Notes under the pieces: model-generated
Seen by the model: only the letters and a program-made list of their open reading frames with translations
Told to the model about the DNA's origin: nothing
Databases searched by the model: none
Position numbers and translations under genes: made by a program
Part shown: piece by piece, positions 1 to 13,880 of the stretch
Numbering within the stretch: position 1 is the first letter of the stretch
How the letters are laid out: every line of letters begins with the position of its first letter
Origin: the human T2T-CHM13v2.0 reference genome, Homo sapiens
Length of the DNA: 64,000 nucleotides
Assembly (NCBI RefSeq): GCF_009914755.1
Contig: NC_060940.1
Direction: 5' to 3' (one strand)

Positions 1-821
1 CTATGTTGTGTTCAGGGAAAGCAAGTAGCATAGAGGTTAGAAATACTTGTTTTCAGAAAGTAACATCATCAGGATTCAGGTGGTCCAGAGAGCAGATTTC
101 CTGTAGCCTTTTATCTCTAAATTCCTTTGGAGGAAAACTAAGATTTGACTGACGTCTTTACCCCAGCCCAGTGCAGCTCACCCTATGACTCACACCTATT
201 GTGTTTTAGGCACTGTTGTGTGCTGAAGAGACAAATGGCACCTTGAGAGGTATTTCTTCTGGTTGGGGCAGGGGGTGACATACAAGCCAACAATTTCAAT
301 AAATGTGATAAGTGATACAAGAGGATATTGTGTGAACACTAGGGAAAGGTCCTTAGCCCAGCTTGGGTGTTTACAGAAGGCATCCCAGAAGAGAAGAAAT
401 ATGGGGTATATATAAGTCCAAACATTTCCTAAATTGCCACAGTGAAATCTTATCCTGTGACCCCTCCTCCACCCACACCCCCAGCAATCTCCATCTTTTC
501 TAAGATGTCACCTAACCAACTACATTTAAGAATTTGTTTCCACTGTCACCAATTGAAGGCATATCTGCCAACCTAAATCTGTTCTTCCTGAAGTATCCAA
601 TATGAATCTATATTGTTACTAAAATACCAGTCAAAAAGGTGTCCTAGGTCCATGCATGGCTTCCACATTTTCTTCCTCCTGGGAGATTGAAGAAAATATC
701 CTTTAGGATCTCCATGGCTACCTTTATGGAAGCTTGGGTAACCCTTGGAGATATCCAACATAAAGATAGTCACACCAGTAGAGTCCCTAAGGATGCCCTA
801 CATTCATCCATTTCCTTTTAA

Positions 822-1117
<296 letters not shown>

Positions 1118-1429
1118 ATTCATCAATTTCCTTTTATTGATTTGCCTTTTCCTTCCATGTCTTGATATTTTCTGAAGCCCTTCCATGCAGCTGAAGAACA
1201 TCGGTTATGAAGAGGCCCTTTTTTGTCTCACATGCCTAAATAGAAACCTCTTGGGACATTAACACATGATCATTCCTCCAGGGGTAGGGAAAGTTGTGGA
1301 CCATGGTGGGATCATAGGTACAAGTGGAAAACCCTGTACCAAACCAACCAACTCCCAATTGATTGCCAACATCAATTGAATGAGACTGAAGAGTTAGAAA
1401 GTAATGTCTACATAGTCTATGGAATTTTA

Positions 1430-1660
1430 CAGTCCTAGGAAGACACTGGATTTAAGGTAAATAAGACTGGGCCCCAATATTCTACCCATACTGGCTTGGA
1501 TAGCTTACTTAACGTCTATAGACACAGTTTGCTTAAGCGAGAGTGGGGGATATATCTGCCCCCATAGAGTCGATAGAGGGTGAAGCAGGGAAATCCATGT
1601 AAGGTGACAACTTGGTCCATCTTATGACATGCATTCAGTGAACTGTACCTACTGTTCTCC
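1430..1660 (+). mobile_element. MIR fragment
   Basis: Degenerate MIR core (ttacttaacgtctatagacacagttt...cccatagagtcg). Boundaries approximate. Confidence 0.5.
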
Positions 1661-2250
1661 AGGTTGATGAACTTAGCGACTTTATTAACCACCCACAGTC
1701 TTCTTTCTCAACATCCCCCTTTTGCTTGTGGTTGAGTACAAAAGAAGATCCCATGTCTCTCCCTCTATGCATTATTTATCTTTGCTAGGGGGCACTTGCA
1801 GTTTCACAGACCTCCATTTCCTTCAAGCCACAGAAATGGTTGAGGCACTTGCATTGCTTATGGAATATGTAGATTGAAAATACAATATTGAGTAGGGAAC
1901 AGTCACAGAGCAGAGTAGAGTTTTCCTTATTTCTCCTTGCATTTGATCCTGGACTCAATTTGACTGAGAAGCCACAATGCCCAGTCTAGCTTCCTATGAC
2001 TCACATTTGGGAGGAATTACCCATCAGGTAATTGCTGTTCAGGGAGCTCACAAGCTGATTATCTGTGCATCAAGACAGCAAGTGGAGGCTTTGGAGACAA
2101 ACCCTGTAGACTTAGTATCTTTGATGTTAGAAAACAGCAGCTAAATCCCAATCCCCTCCCTCAAAGAGGAACTCGATGAGTACCTATTAGGTACCGTGCA
2201 TATTTCATGTGAGTACAATGGGGTGCTCTAATGGAGCATCACATGAGTTA

Positions 2251-2538
2251 TTTTTGAGATGGAGTCTTGCTCTGTCACCCAGGCTGAAATGCAGTGGTAC
2301 AATCTCTGCTCACTGCAACCTCCTCCTCCTGGGTTCAAGCAATTCTCCTGTCTTCAGCTTCCCAGGTAGCTGGGATTATAGGCACATGCCACCACACCCA
2401 GCTAATTTTGTATTTTTAGTAGAGACAGGGTTTCACCATATTGGCCAGGCTGCTCTCAAACTCCTGACCTCAAGTGATCTGCCCACCTCAGCCTCCCAAA
2501 GTGCTGGGATTACAGGCATGTGCCACCGCCCCCTGGCC
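2251..2538 (-). mobile_element. Alu (AluS-like)
   Basis: Reverse-complement Alu dimer. Source of the spurious ORF 2209..2559. Confidence 0.95.
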
Positions 2539-3001
2539 ATGTTTTTATTATTATTCTAAGCCTAAGCATCTAGTGTCAGCTGTAGGCTTTTGGTCTTGTT
2601 CTCTAGGTATCTCTGAGTAAGATTTTCTGCCCTTTCTCAGGTAATTGTCATACATCTGTGTAAACTTCCCAGAGTTACCTTGAGAAGTATTTGAGGAGAC
2701 TCTATATTATTTGGGGTATAGGAAAGATAGAGCAGTATCCCAGGAGAAAACTTAAAGCTGGTCAGTGGAAGAACAAATAGATCCTTTGGAAATGTTTTCA
2801 CGTTAAGTCCTAAAAAAGTCTCCAACAACAGTCTCTGGGACTATGGGCATATCTTTCTGTGTACAGATCAGCCATGCTTTCTGGTTTTATCTTCTAAATA
2901 TCTAAATCCCCAACCTGTAGTATCTGATGCTTAGGAACTGTATTTAGTATAAATACTAGGAACAAAAGTCATCATTACCCATTCTCAGAATACTTTAGAC
3001 A

Positions 3002-3223
3002 CAGGGGCGTCCAATCTTTTGGTTTCCCTGGGACACACTGAAAGAATTGACTTGGACCACACATAAAGTACACATACACTAACTACAGCTGATGAGCAAA
3101 AAAAGAAAAAAGAAAAAAAAGAATCTCATAATGTTTTAAGAAAGTTAATGGATTTGTGTTGGGGCTGCATTCAAAGTTGTCCTGGGCCACATGCAGCGTA
3201 TGGGCTGCGGTTTGGACAAGCTG
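3002..3223 (+). mobile_element. MER30-like hAT-Charlie DNA transposon fossil
   Basis: Starts caggggcgtccaatcttttgg and ends ttggacaagctg (TIR remnants), with the internal A-rich tract and tctcataatgttttaagaaagtt typical of MER30. Confidence 0.85.
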
Positions 3224-4169
3224 CCTTTGCAGAATTCTTTTTATAAAGTGTGACTTCTTATTTGCTAGTTTTAAAATGTAATCCAAACAGCCTCTGAATA
3301 GCATGAACTTATAGACAAACATGATGAATAAGTGGTCTTTAAAGCCTTTTTTTGGAGGGGAGAATGTGAAAAGACATTTTCACAGATGCCTTTAATAATC
3401 TGATTAAAAATTCTCTAGGAAAATACGTACAAACAGCACACACACACACCCAAATTCTATACACATGCCAGCTAGTTTCTCATCCCCCCAATATCCATTA
3501 AAAAATAGCGGTATTTGAACACCTTAAAAAGTTTATTTTCTGGTTGGAAGGGGCCTCAGGGTAGAACAATTGTAAACAGCCTTTTCTATAAGAATATACT
3601 TGTGGCTGGTATATATCATATTACACGAGCAGATTGTATAGTTTGGGCATTTTATACTTTTTTTTTAAAGTAAACTAATTTTCTGTAGTGCAATCACTCC
3701 CTGCTCGCATTCATTCAAATATTTAACTACTGGTATTACTTTTCTAAGAAAATAAGATGTGCATTTGCATTATGTCCTTGCAAAAGCATATTGAGTCCCG
3801 ATGTGATTGACAAACAATACAAGTACCTTTGCATGGCTAGACGGACCATCTCTGCATTGAAATATGACTGCGCCTGTTTAGTGCGCAATGGTAACTCCCT
3901 TCTCTCCTAACTGTTCCGTGGTTAATTTATCTATAGCTGCACCGCAGACATGGATCCCTGTGCCTCTTTCCCTGCATATCTTATATTTTAAGTGCAGCTG
4001 TTTGATGAGGCTTTACAAATTATTTGGATACATTTTTGGAAACTAGCATGAGGCTTTGTGATGAGAACTTTCCCGTAACCAGCTCCTCCATTAGAATATA
4101 ACCTAGGAGGCTGACCTTCAGTTTTGTCTCAAATGTAAAGTAAAATAACACTTGGAGGATGGTGTTGCA

Positions 4170-4364
4170 TAGAGCTATGATTCTCATATTCCTGGGACCA
4201 ATAGCATCCGCATCATCTGTTAACTTGTTAGAAATGTAAGCTCTTAGATGCTGTCATCCGGATCTATTCAATCAGAACCTGTTGGCTGGGCATGGGGCCC
4301 AGCCATCTGTGTTTCAAAAGTCCTCCAGGTGATTCTGCTACACATTCAAGTTTGACCACCACTG
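4170..4364. mobile_element. MER5A-like DNA transposon fossil
   Basis: aacttgttagaaatg...ggggcccagccatctgtgttt...ctccaggtgattctg...caagtttgaccaccactg. Confidence 0.75.
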
Positions 4365-4367
4365 CCT

Positions 4368-4590
4368 GCCATAGTACTTAAGAGTTTGCACTGTGGAGCC
4401 GGACCCCCTGGGCTCAAATCCCAGTTCAGACAATACCCAACTCTCTTTCAGTTTCTACATGTCTAAAGAGGCAATGATCATATTGTCCATCTCATGGGGG
4501 TATTCTAAGGACTGAGTGGGATCATGAGCACAGAAAGGCTAGACTAGGGACTGATCCATGGTAAGTGTTCTGCAAATGTGAGTAGTGGGA
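4368..4590 (+). mobile_element. MIR
   Basis: ctgggctcaaatcccagttc...tcagtttct...tctcatggggg...catggtaagtgttc. Confidence 0.7.
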
Positions 4591-6279
4591 GTAATGGTGC
4601 TCGTGCTGTTACTATTAGGGAGAAAAACAATGTTTTGGTAAAATTGGCTTCCCATTACATGGCTTTATTTCACACTGCCGGTGAGGATGGCTACATTGCT
4701 TCCACATTTTTTAGAGTTATCCTAAAGATAGATCACTCGTCCTTTCCATTTCTCTCCAATACATGTGCATTTTGAAAACAAGTAATCCCTTCATGATGGG
4801 GTTTATAATGGCAGCTACAATCATCTTTTTGCTGTGAAGCCACCATATTTAGACCCTAATGCTTATACGTTTCCCCCCAGCCCTCCAAGAAGCCAGAGCG
4901 TGGGTCTTCCAGCCATAGGTCTTGCCTTGCAGTACCCTCACCCCACCACCCTTTGCCTTGACAGCACTTCACTCCTCTCTACCGAGCCAAGGCTTTGAGG
5001 TTTCTGTGCCATTTGCTTAGCCTCTCTCGTCTCTGCTGCTGGCCCTGCCTCCTTCCGTTCCACATTCAGGGCACCTCTGTTGCTGTCTCCTGCAGTATCT
5101 ATCTCAGCTGTGATTCTACAGTTTTATGCATAATTTGTGACTGTGTGTCCCACTTCCTGTACACTCTGGGAGGGCAGGGTTACTGAGGGGGCTTTCTTCT
5201 TCGGTCTTCATGCCTTCGCATAGTAGTTGGGGTACAGGAAAGCTTTCAGTCACAGAGAAATAGTATGTATTTGGCTTGTTTGAGCTTTTCACAATGAGAA
5301 AGCTAGACTAGTTCTTCTTTGGTTCAGTGTTTCATCAATGTAGGATGTCAGCAACACCCAAGTAACTTTCCATAGCCCACAGTGGAGGACAAAGCATGGC
5401 AATCAGGTTACCCTACTGAGCAGAGACTCCTAAGAGCAAACATCCCGGCATGTTCTTTCCTCACCTCTGGGCAATGTTGGTACAAATAGGCTTGACATGG
5501 AGGCACAAAACTGGCCATGGTGCATAACTTGTCTTAATGAAAGAAGGGATCAGTTTCTTGGCCAGAGCTCAGCCTCAGCCATATCAAAGAACCCCAACTC
5601 TTGGCCCACACCCATGCCATGTGCCCCGTTGGAACAGCCTCCAAGGCCTGGGATCAGTTCTTCTCTCCGTCATTTACAGAAGATCAGAGACAGATGAGGT
5701 TCCACCATTGAGATCTTTAGAAGTCATTATTTCCCATATTTAAAAGTATGTTTCATATCTCATGAAAAATACATTGTTTACTTCTAGACTGCTGTCTAGT
5801 CTCTTGCCCTGGTCTCCTAATTCAGGTTCGAGTCTGTTAATCGTATTTCTCCTCCATTGACAACAGCCACTGATACTGAATAGCCAAATCAGAGACAAAC
5901 CTCAGACTCCTCCCGACCCATTATTGAATTCTACCTGGAGTTGGTAAAGCAATGACTCAATCTCCTTCTGACGCCTTCTCATGCCCACCCTTCCCTCTAA
6001 AATATGAACCCTATTCACCCAGTTATTGTCCATCTTCTAGGTAACAAGCAGTGTGTCAGGAACTGAGAATAGAATGTTAGTTAAGCCACAGGGTGTAGCT
6101 TTTAAGGTGCAACGAGTCACATGCACACAGACCTTTAATGTGAGGCAGAAATTGACGAGTGGCTCTGATAAGAGTCTGAAAAATGATGCTGGTGTTCATA
6201 ATGGGAAAAGTCACCCAGCTGCAGGTGGGCACCGGGTCTCAAACATGGTGACCTCGTTAGAGCTACAGTGTTAAGCATG

Positions 6280-6465
6280 ATGCCACCCATCCCTTTGCAA
6301 GCATTATCTTACGAAACCCTTTCTTGAGGTAGGCACTTACCTATTTTCCCTTTTTAACAGATGAGTAAGTGAGGTTCAGATGTCTCAAGTAATATGTGCA
6401 AAGGCACTGCACTGTTGATTGAGGATGCTGCAGTCTGATTCAAATGCCCATGTGCTTCCCATCTA
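6280..6465 (-). mobile_element. MIR
   Basis: tttaacagatgagtaagtgaggttcaga, the antisense MIR core. Confidence 0.65.
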
Positions 6466-6995
6466 ACTTGGCTCTTGAATGGTCATCTCACTGATTTTGG
6501 ATGAGGATACTAGAATAAAGGGCATTGCCAGCACAAGGCATTGCACGTGCAAGGGCATGGCAGCATGAAAGAATGGGATGGAGCGGTTTTGATATGGCTA
6601 AGTGATCAGTCCTGTGGTTTGGGGCCCAAACTAAATATCTGTTGCTCCCTCTCTTTCATCAGACCTTGGCAGAGGGTGGCTCTGCCTTCTGACCCCCCAA
6701 CCGACATTCTCTATGTTGGAAAAGTTGAAAAAGAATTCAAAGCATAGCTCAGGACGATGCACACCTCAGCATCTTGGATTAGGGCTTTATGCCACTTCAC
6801 AAGCGCTCTTGTGAACTGTAGCCCTCCCGGATCAAATATGAACAACAGCTGAAAGCTACTCCTACCAACCTCCTTAGTGTGTGAAATCCCTGCCACATTT
6901 TTAAGGACAATGGTACTTGGAGTTTAGTCAATCAACTCTGAAATACTCTAAGCAGCACACTAGAGTGTTCTCCAGCAAACCAGTGTCACAGCTGC

Positions 6996-7010
6996 GTGTG
7001 TGTGTCAGTA

Positions 7011-7042
<32 letters not shown>
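6996..7042. repeat. Interrupted (TG)n microsatellite
   Basis: Seen directly. Confidence 0.9.
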
Positions 7043-7614
7043 TGTAAAATGCCTTCCCTTGGCTCAATATGCTTTGCTTACATGTGGGTTCATTCTGCTA
7101 CAGAAACCTGCTGGAATCCTTTGGTATTAAAGTTGTGTTTCTATTAGAACCTCAGCTTCATTCAATGGTGGGGCTCATTGGTCCTTTGCCGGAATCATAA
7201 GTCATCTAGAAACATCATGGGAAGGTATCGGGGAAGATTGTAAATAACTATGATCCTTTTAAAAATAGGCATTTAGAAACAGCTTCATATGCAAGATGCC
7301 TTGTGATCCTTACAAAAACCTGTGAAGGCTACATATGATTCTCGTTAAACTCGTTTTCATGCTTAGGAAATACAAATCAGTTTCTCACGACCACGTAGCT
7401 AAGAGCTTCTTTTCCTGGTTGTTTTACTCAAAGCATACCAAAAAGCTTCTGGGGAATCATTCCCTAACCCCTGTCCCCAGCCCTCTGAAGTCTCTTCTTT
7501 CTGGGATGGTCACTACATGGGTGGCAATCAGAGAGCTGCTATCAGATTGGGCTTGTTCAATCAAGGTGTGGGTCTTTGTTTAGTCTAGATATAATTTACG
7601 TGAACATGCAGATA

Positions 7615-7842
7615 TTCACATGTATACACCCTTGTACATATAAGTACACAAATACATATAAATAAGTATACACATGCATATATACATGTTTACATACGTG
7701 TATACACTATAGACAAATACATGCATTCCTGCACTTGTCCATATTAACACACACAAATATGCACACAATGCACTTGTACACATGAAGACATGTCTGCACA
7801 CAAAACACATTCTTGCACATGTACCCATGCTCACCCACATAC
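7615..7842. repeat. Degenerate CA/TA-rich low-complexity tract
   Basis: Repeated cacat/tacac/tatac units. Source of the spurious ORF 7616..7957. Confidence 0.75.
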
Positions 7843-8352
7843 TATTAGAGATATTCTCCATTAACCATAAAATAATGCACGTGCAATTACCAAATATAAT
7901 ACAATGTGAAAGAATATAGAAGAAAATTTTTGAAACCATATGTGTTGTCCACCTCACCTAAGGCCATTCAGCTCTAGCCCATACTGAGAATGCTGCAATC
8001 TGTGTGTCGACCTTTACAATCCGATTTTTAAATAGATGTTTTGGGTTTTTATTCTGTGGGGTAGGGGGCTATGTGGTTTGATTGCCAACTCTGACCTGTT
8101 AAGATGCTCATGTCTGTCTGGGCCACTTAAATCTCAGTCCTCTTTGCATTTCAAAGTCGTGCCTTTCTGTACCCACTCCTGAGAGAGTGGGAAGTTTGGG
8201 ACCTAGCACACCGCCACCACCACATCCTAATTCTGGGCCAACACCAAAGCCCGGCCTAATTTTCTCGGTTTGCTCAACTGCCGTTGTCTCCAACCTCCTT
8301 AATCCAATGTGAAAACGATCCTCGGTTCCTGTGTTTTGGATCTTGTGACCAG

Positions 8353-8505
8353 ACTAACCTCGCCAGTGCAGGGGTTGGTGTGTCTGCATGGGAAATGCAC
8401 TAATATGGATGTTTCTCTTTGTGTGTGCACCCTTGCAGTGTTGTTTACCAGGATGGATTTTATGGTGCAGACATTTATGTAAGTATTCATTCACGTGCAT
8501 GCCAT
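8353..8505 (+). promoter_or_regulatory. Splicing-regulatory motif cluster around B40 (QKI, RBFOX, NOVA-type motifs)
   Basis: ACTAAC 8353-8358, TGCATG 8385-8390, ACTAAT 8399-8404. Downstream: TCAT 8487, TCAC 8491, TGCATG 8496-8501, CCAT 8502. Confidence 0.6.
8439..8478 (+). CDS. RBFOX1: RBFOX1 brain-type mutually exclusive exon B40 (40 nt), (G)VVYQDGFYGADIY
   Basis: Acceptor ccttgcag| and donor |gtaagt, length exactly 40 nt. Entered in phase 2, it gives VVYQDGFYGADIY, which I recognise as RBFOX1 C-terminal domain. Branch-like cactaat at 8398-8404. Confidence 0.97.
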
Positions 8506-11190
8506 CCCCGTTTCCTCCTGGAGTCATTCTTTTTACAAGTTTGCTGTGAATTTCTCTACTTGGCGTAGTTGAGTTTCTCTCCTTGGTCTGTAGGAAATAA
8601 TTCCGTGGTTTGTCTCACAGGACAGAAAGCCTTCTGCTCTTGAACTTGTGGCAGACATCACTGGCTGTTTAGTGGGGTGGAATTAACCCCTCGATCAACT
8701 TCAGAACGAATGCAATTCCCCCAAAAAGGTGGCATTTCTTTCATGCCAACTAAAGACCCCACTTCACCCACAAAGAAATTGTCTCTCAAGTTCTCGATAT
8801 GTTCTTCGTTTTCAGTATAATATTTAGGATAACAGCTGTAGTCACCAGCTGCAGAGGGTTAAAAGATATTTTCATGGCTGCTATTTTTGATGTTTTCCCT
8901 AAAATATCACAGTAGCCTTAGGAACACTCTTTCTCTCTCTAGACATGGACAAGTTTAGCCCTAAACATCTCCTGATTCTCTTAATATGTATGTCAAATTG
9001 AACATTGAGCCCCCATTTTCTTTAACCTTTTATTCCATTTCCCCCAATTACCTGACTTAAAATTGCTTGCTAAATAGTAACACTGTAAGTTTATTTTTAG
9101 AAAAGAGTAGGCTATTTCTCATTATGAGAACAAGAATTTAACTATGTTCATCTAGAGGTAGTTATTCTCCGACATTATGATATGAGCATTGACGATATGA
9201 AAATGACTTGGAGTAAACACAATTTTGAATAAGTAGGCAGTGTTGGGAGATATTCCCTAAATCACAATTTTTATTACAAAAGACCTCAGTCAATGGGATG
9301 ATATTTGTTTTACAGACTAGATAGCAAAAAAATCATATTTCTGATGAAATTGGTATCATGTACTAGAAGATGAATAAGGCACTGATTATTGTATTCCTTT
9401 TGAATTTCAAATCATTACAATTTTGAGATATAGTATGTATCTCCATCAATAATAGACTTAGTTGAGTTCTACTATTGCATCAAGTATACTTACTATAATC
9501 TGTGGGTTAGTATTTTTTCCCCCGTAATAAAATGAGTGAACAACCCATATGTCCTAATTCACTCAGTGATCAATTTTCTTCTTTTTTGTGGAACTTAAGC
9601 TTTTCTGTCTCATGTCCTCTTTTTTCAGACTTTCAGATTTTAAATTATGAGGCAGGCTGGGGCTGAGCAGTCTGAAGCCCATTCGTTTCCTCAGGCACCT
9701 GCTAAACCCAATCACCAGTCCTGGCTCTCGACTCCATGCAGCCCATGGGTAGATTATTGCAGATGGGAGGAGCCAGAATGGTAGTTGGCATCGCAGAATT
9801 TAGGGCTTTAGAAATGAAAGGGAATAGACAAGGGATAGAGAAATGGTTTTTTAAAAAATCCACCAAAATGGAAACTATCTCCAGCAACACCTACCCAAGA
9901 AAAAAAAAAATGCAGATTTTCCTGAGTTTAGTTAAAAGTATTTCACAATCATTTAGTGAGTGTCCACCTCTTCACGCCTCAGTTTCTTCAAACTGACAAT
10001 AATTTATTGAATCATTAATGTGTGGTGTCTTATGCAGATATCAAATTGGTGTCTTCTTGGCCTCAGATTCTTGAGTAGCAGGAAGGAGAGGCTGCCTGAA
10101 GGCAGGGTCTGTGGAGCTCCCACAAATAAGGAAAAAGAAGGGACTCATTTAAGTGAGTGCGAGTGTGTGTCTGTATCGATTGGGGCATATCGCTGCATCA
10201 GAGAATCCACAGAGCAATGCAAATAGAGAAAAAACAAAGTTAGAAGAAGGAAATATGCCAACCACTTGACTAGAGAGGAAAAAGAAAATTTATTCAGGGA
10301 AGAAAGCCACAGAAGTGTCCCTTTGTGCTTTTCTAGTTCCTTTAGGAGATTTTGTCTCTCACACATTCATCATGTTTGGGCCAAGCCCACTGGGTGCAGC
10401 GGTGCAGCTCGGGAAGCATCAGGGTGAGCTTCAAGGACAGAGTTTCTTCCAGTCCTAAGTTGTCTGATATGTTTGTTCATAAAACTGCCCTTTCTCTGAC
10501 TTTTCAGGCCACGACCCCCAGCCAGAAATTATCGTTTTCCCCACTCTTTATATTATAATGACAATAAGATTTTTCAGTGGGGGAGCATCACATATGCAAT
10601 CAGGTGGCAGAAAAAGTTCCTGCAATATGAATTTAGAGATTTGATTACCCAGCACATGTTTCTGTCCTGTCTCTAACAGTCTCTGGAATCTGGTAGACCT
10701 TCCTGAATATTTTGCTTTGTCTGATGATGACTTTAACATATTGCTGCTGGTGTGCATCCGTGTGTATACTGGACAGCAGGAAACTAGCCTGTGCCACTGC
10801 CCAGCTCAGCAGCAGAACAAGAGGTCTTTGATGACCGTAAGTTTAAGAAATATAAATATGTTCTGCACCACAGAATATACAGAACAAGATTCATCCTAGC
10901 TAGAAATATATCATAATCTTGAATGTGCTTTTTAAAGCCACTACCCTACCTCCCTTGAGATACCAGCATGTTCTGATGAGTGGAAATATCCCCAAGCTTC
11001 GTTTTTAAAAGAGATGATGGTTAAACAGACTCTTAGAAAGTCATGTGAGCTTCTACTTTAAAGAAAGATTTTGGCTTACTCCTTCAAGCTCGTTAAAAGT
11101 AGTACACAATAAATAGGTTTAGGGCAATTGTCAGCGGCCCCGGGATATATGTTAGACACATCAGATACCTCCAATAGATTTAAACCTCTT

Positions 11191-11486
11191 TTTTTGTTAT
11201 TATTATATTTTTTGAGACAGTCTCACTGTGTCGCCCAGGCTGGAGTGCGGTGCAATGTCAGCTGTCTGCAACCTCTGCCCCCTGGAAGCAATTCTCCTGC
11301 CTCAGCTTCCTGAGTAGCTGGGATTACAGGCGCCTACCACCACCCCTGGCTAATTTTTGTATTTTTAGTAAAGACAGGATTTCACCATGTTGGCCAGGGT
11401 GGTCTGGAACTCCTGACCTCAAGTGATCCATCCGCCTCGGTCTCCCAAAGTGCTACGATTACAGACGTGAGCCACTGCACCAAGCC
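11191..11486 (-). mobile_element. Alu (AluS-like) with target-site duplication
   Basis: Reverse Alu. TAAACCTCTT at 11181-11190 and 11488-11497. Confidence 0.95.
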
Positions 11487-12174
11487 ATAAACCTCTTCTT
11501 TTTAAGTTTATTGGGTAGTCAGTTTCTAGCTTCGGTCACTGCTAAGGAAGACAAAGGAGGATACTGTCAGATTCTTCCTGCTCAAAATGTTCTCCATCCT
11601 GGCAGTATATCAGAGCAGGTCAACAACTCAACAGCTTGCATCTCAGAACTACTGGGCTTTTCTAGGTGCCCTGCTCTCTCCCCTCCCCCGTCCTTTGTTC
11701 TTCAAGGTCTTTCCATGCCTACCACCTGAGGTTGGAGCCCTCGGGCATTTTTTAGTTCTGCCAAAGCACATAGTCATTGAAAGACCTGCGTGATCCCCGT
11801 AACTGGCAAGCCACAACCTCTTCTCTCAAATGACCTCCTTCTGAAAGTTTTCAGAGGAAAGAGGATTGAACAGAGAGGGACAGATGATCACAGATATCTT
11901 GAAATTGCCAAAGGGAGTAGACTTGTTATGAAATGCTGTGAGCCAGACACGAAGGGAAAAAACCAGGACAGCTCATTTGGGCAGAGAGCAAAGACAAAGC
12001 CTTCAATCCTATTCAGGAGCTGAGCCCTGCAGGAAACCCACTGCCTCTAGCCACAGTGGAGAGGTGCAGGCACAGTGTGGTTGGCTACTCATCGGAGGTG
12101 ATGCGGGGGTTGTCTGAGAATGGAGGGTAGGAATGATCTTTATCTGAGTCCCTTCTACCTGAGAACAGAACAGA

Positions 12175-12196
12175 ACACACACACACACACACACAC
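12175..12196. repeat. (AC)11 microsatellite
   Basis: Seen directly. Confidence 0.9.
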
Positions 12197-12419
12197 TTTT
12201 GTATAAAAAGATAGATAGGAATTTAATTTTCATAATGAAACATATCAAATCTTTTGATATGTTCACTATTATTGCTTAGTGGTGCACCTTTAAATACATT
12301 CATTTTAATTAAAAAGTGGATCAAGTTAAGCAAACTAAATGGTAGAGTTTATACAAACAGAGTTGCAATGCAAGGACTAAGGTTCTTAGATCTACAGAGT
12401 CTCTCATACTTGGAAGTGA

Positions 12420-12720
<301 letters not shown>

Positions 12721-13361
12721 TGAAGCTATAGGTTTTATGAGGCTAGAAGTTGACCAAGGAGTGGAAAACAAGCATTGCTTAACTGAACCAAGACATCTGT
12801 TGGTTGACCTTCTCAGAAAGAGACCAAAAAGTATAGCATTTGATCAAAAGATAACTATTAATATTACAAATGAAAAGAGGGAGAGAAAGAAATTATAATG
12901 AACTGTTAAAAAGAATTGACAAACGGATAGAAACTGGAATAACATAGTGAGGTGTGACAATGGTAAGAGCAGAGAGAAAGAGTGAGAGGATATAGAGTAT
13001 AAATGTTAACCTTGTTCCTTTTTATTAAGAACATCCTAAGCGTCCTAACATTAGACGCAACCATGAGGGCCGCCTAGCAAATATGTCTTGAGATTCCAGT
13101 GCATTTTTATACCATTCCTAAATTCTGTATAACAAGTTTCTGGTTAACACCATGGCTAAACACAATTATTTCTGAATTCCTGTCACTCTGCCACCCATAT
13201 GTTTTAAAACAAAGAGGTATCCTCATTTCACTGATGTTTAAACTCAGGAATGAGATGTGTCAGTAGCTTTGGGAACATGTAAAGCTGGAAAGTAGGAATT
13301 CTTTAAATAAAAACTCCTAGTCTTTCTTCCTGAGACCTTGCTTTCAGTGTGAGGTGGCTGA

Positions 13362-13880
<519 letters not shown>

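Noticed and set aside
2209-2559. 116-aa ORF, plus similar ORFs at 12435, 13365, 16078, 39077, 48446-49246 and 58691
   Set aside because: Alu translations ([11 protein letters not shown]..., [10 protein letters not shown]), not genes.
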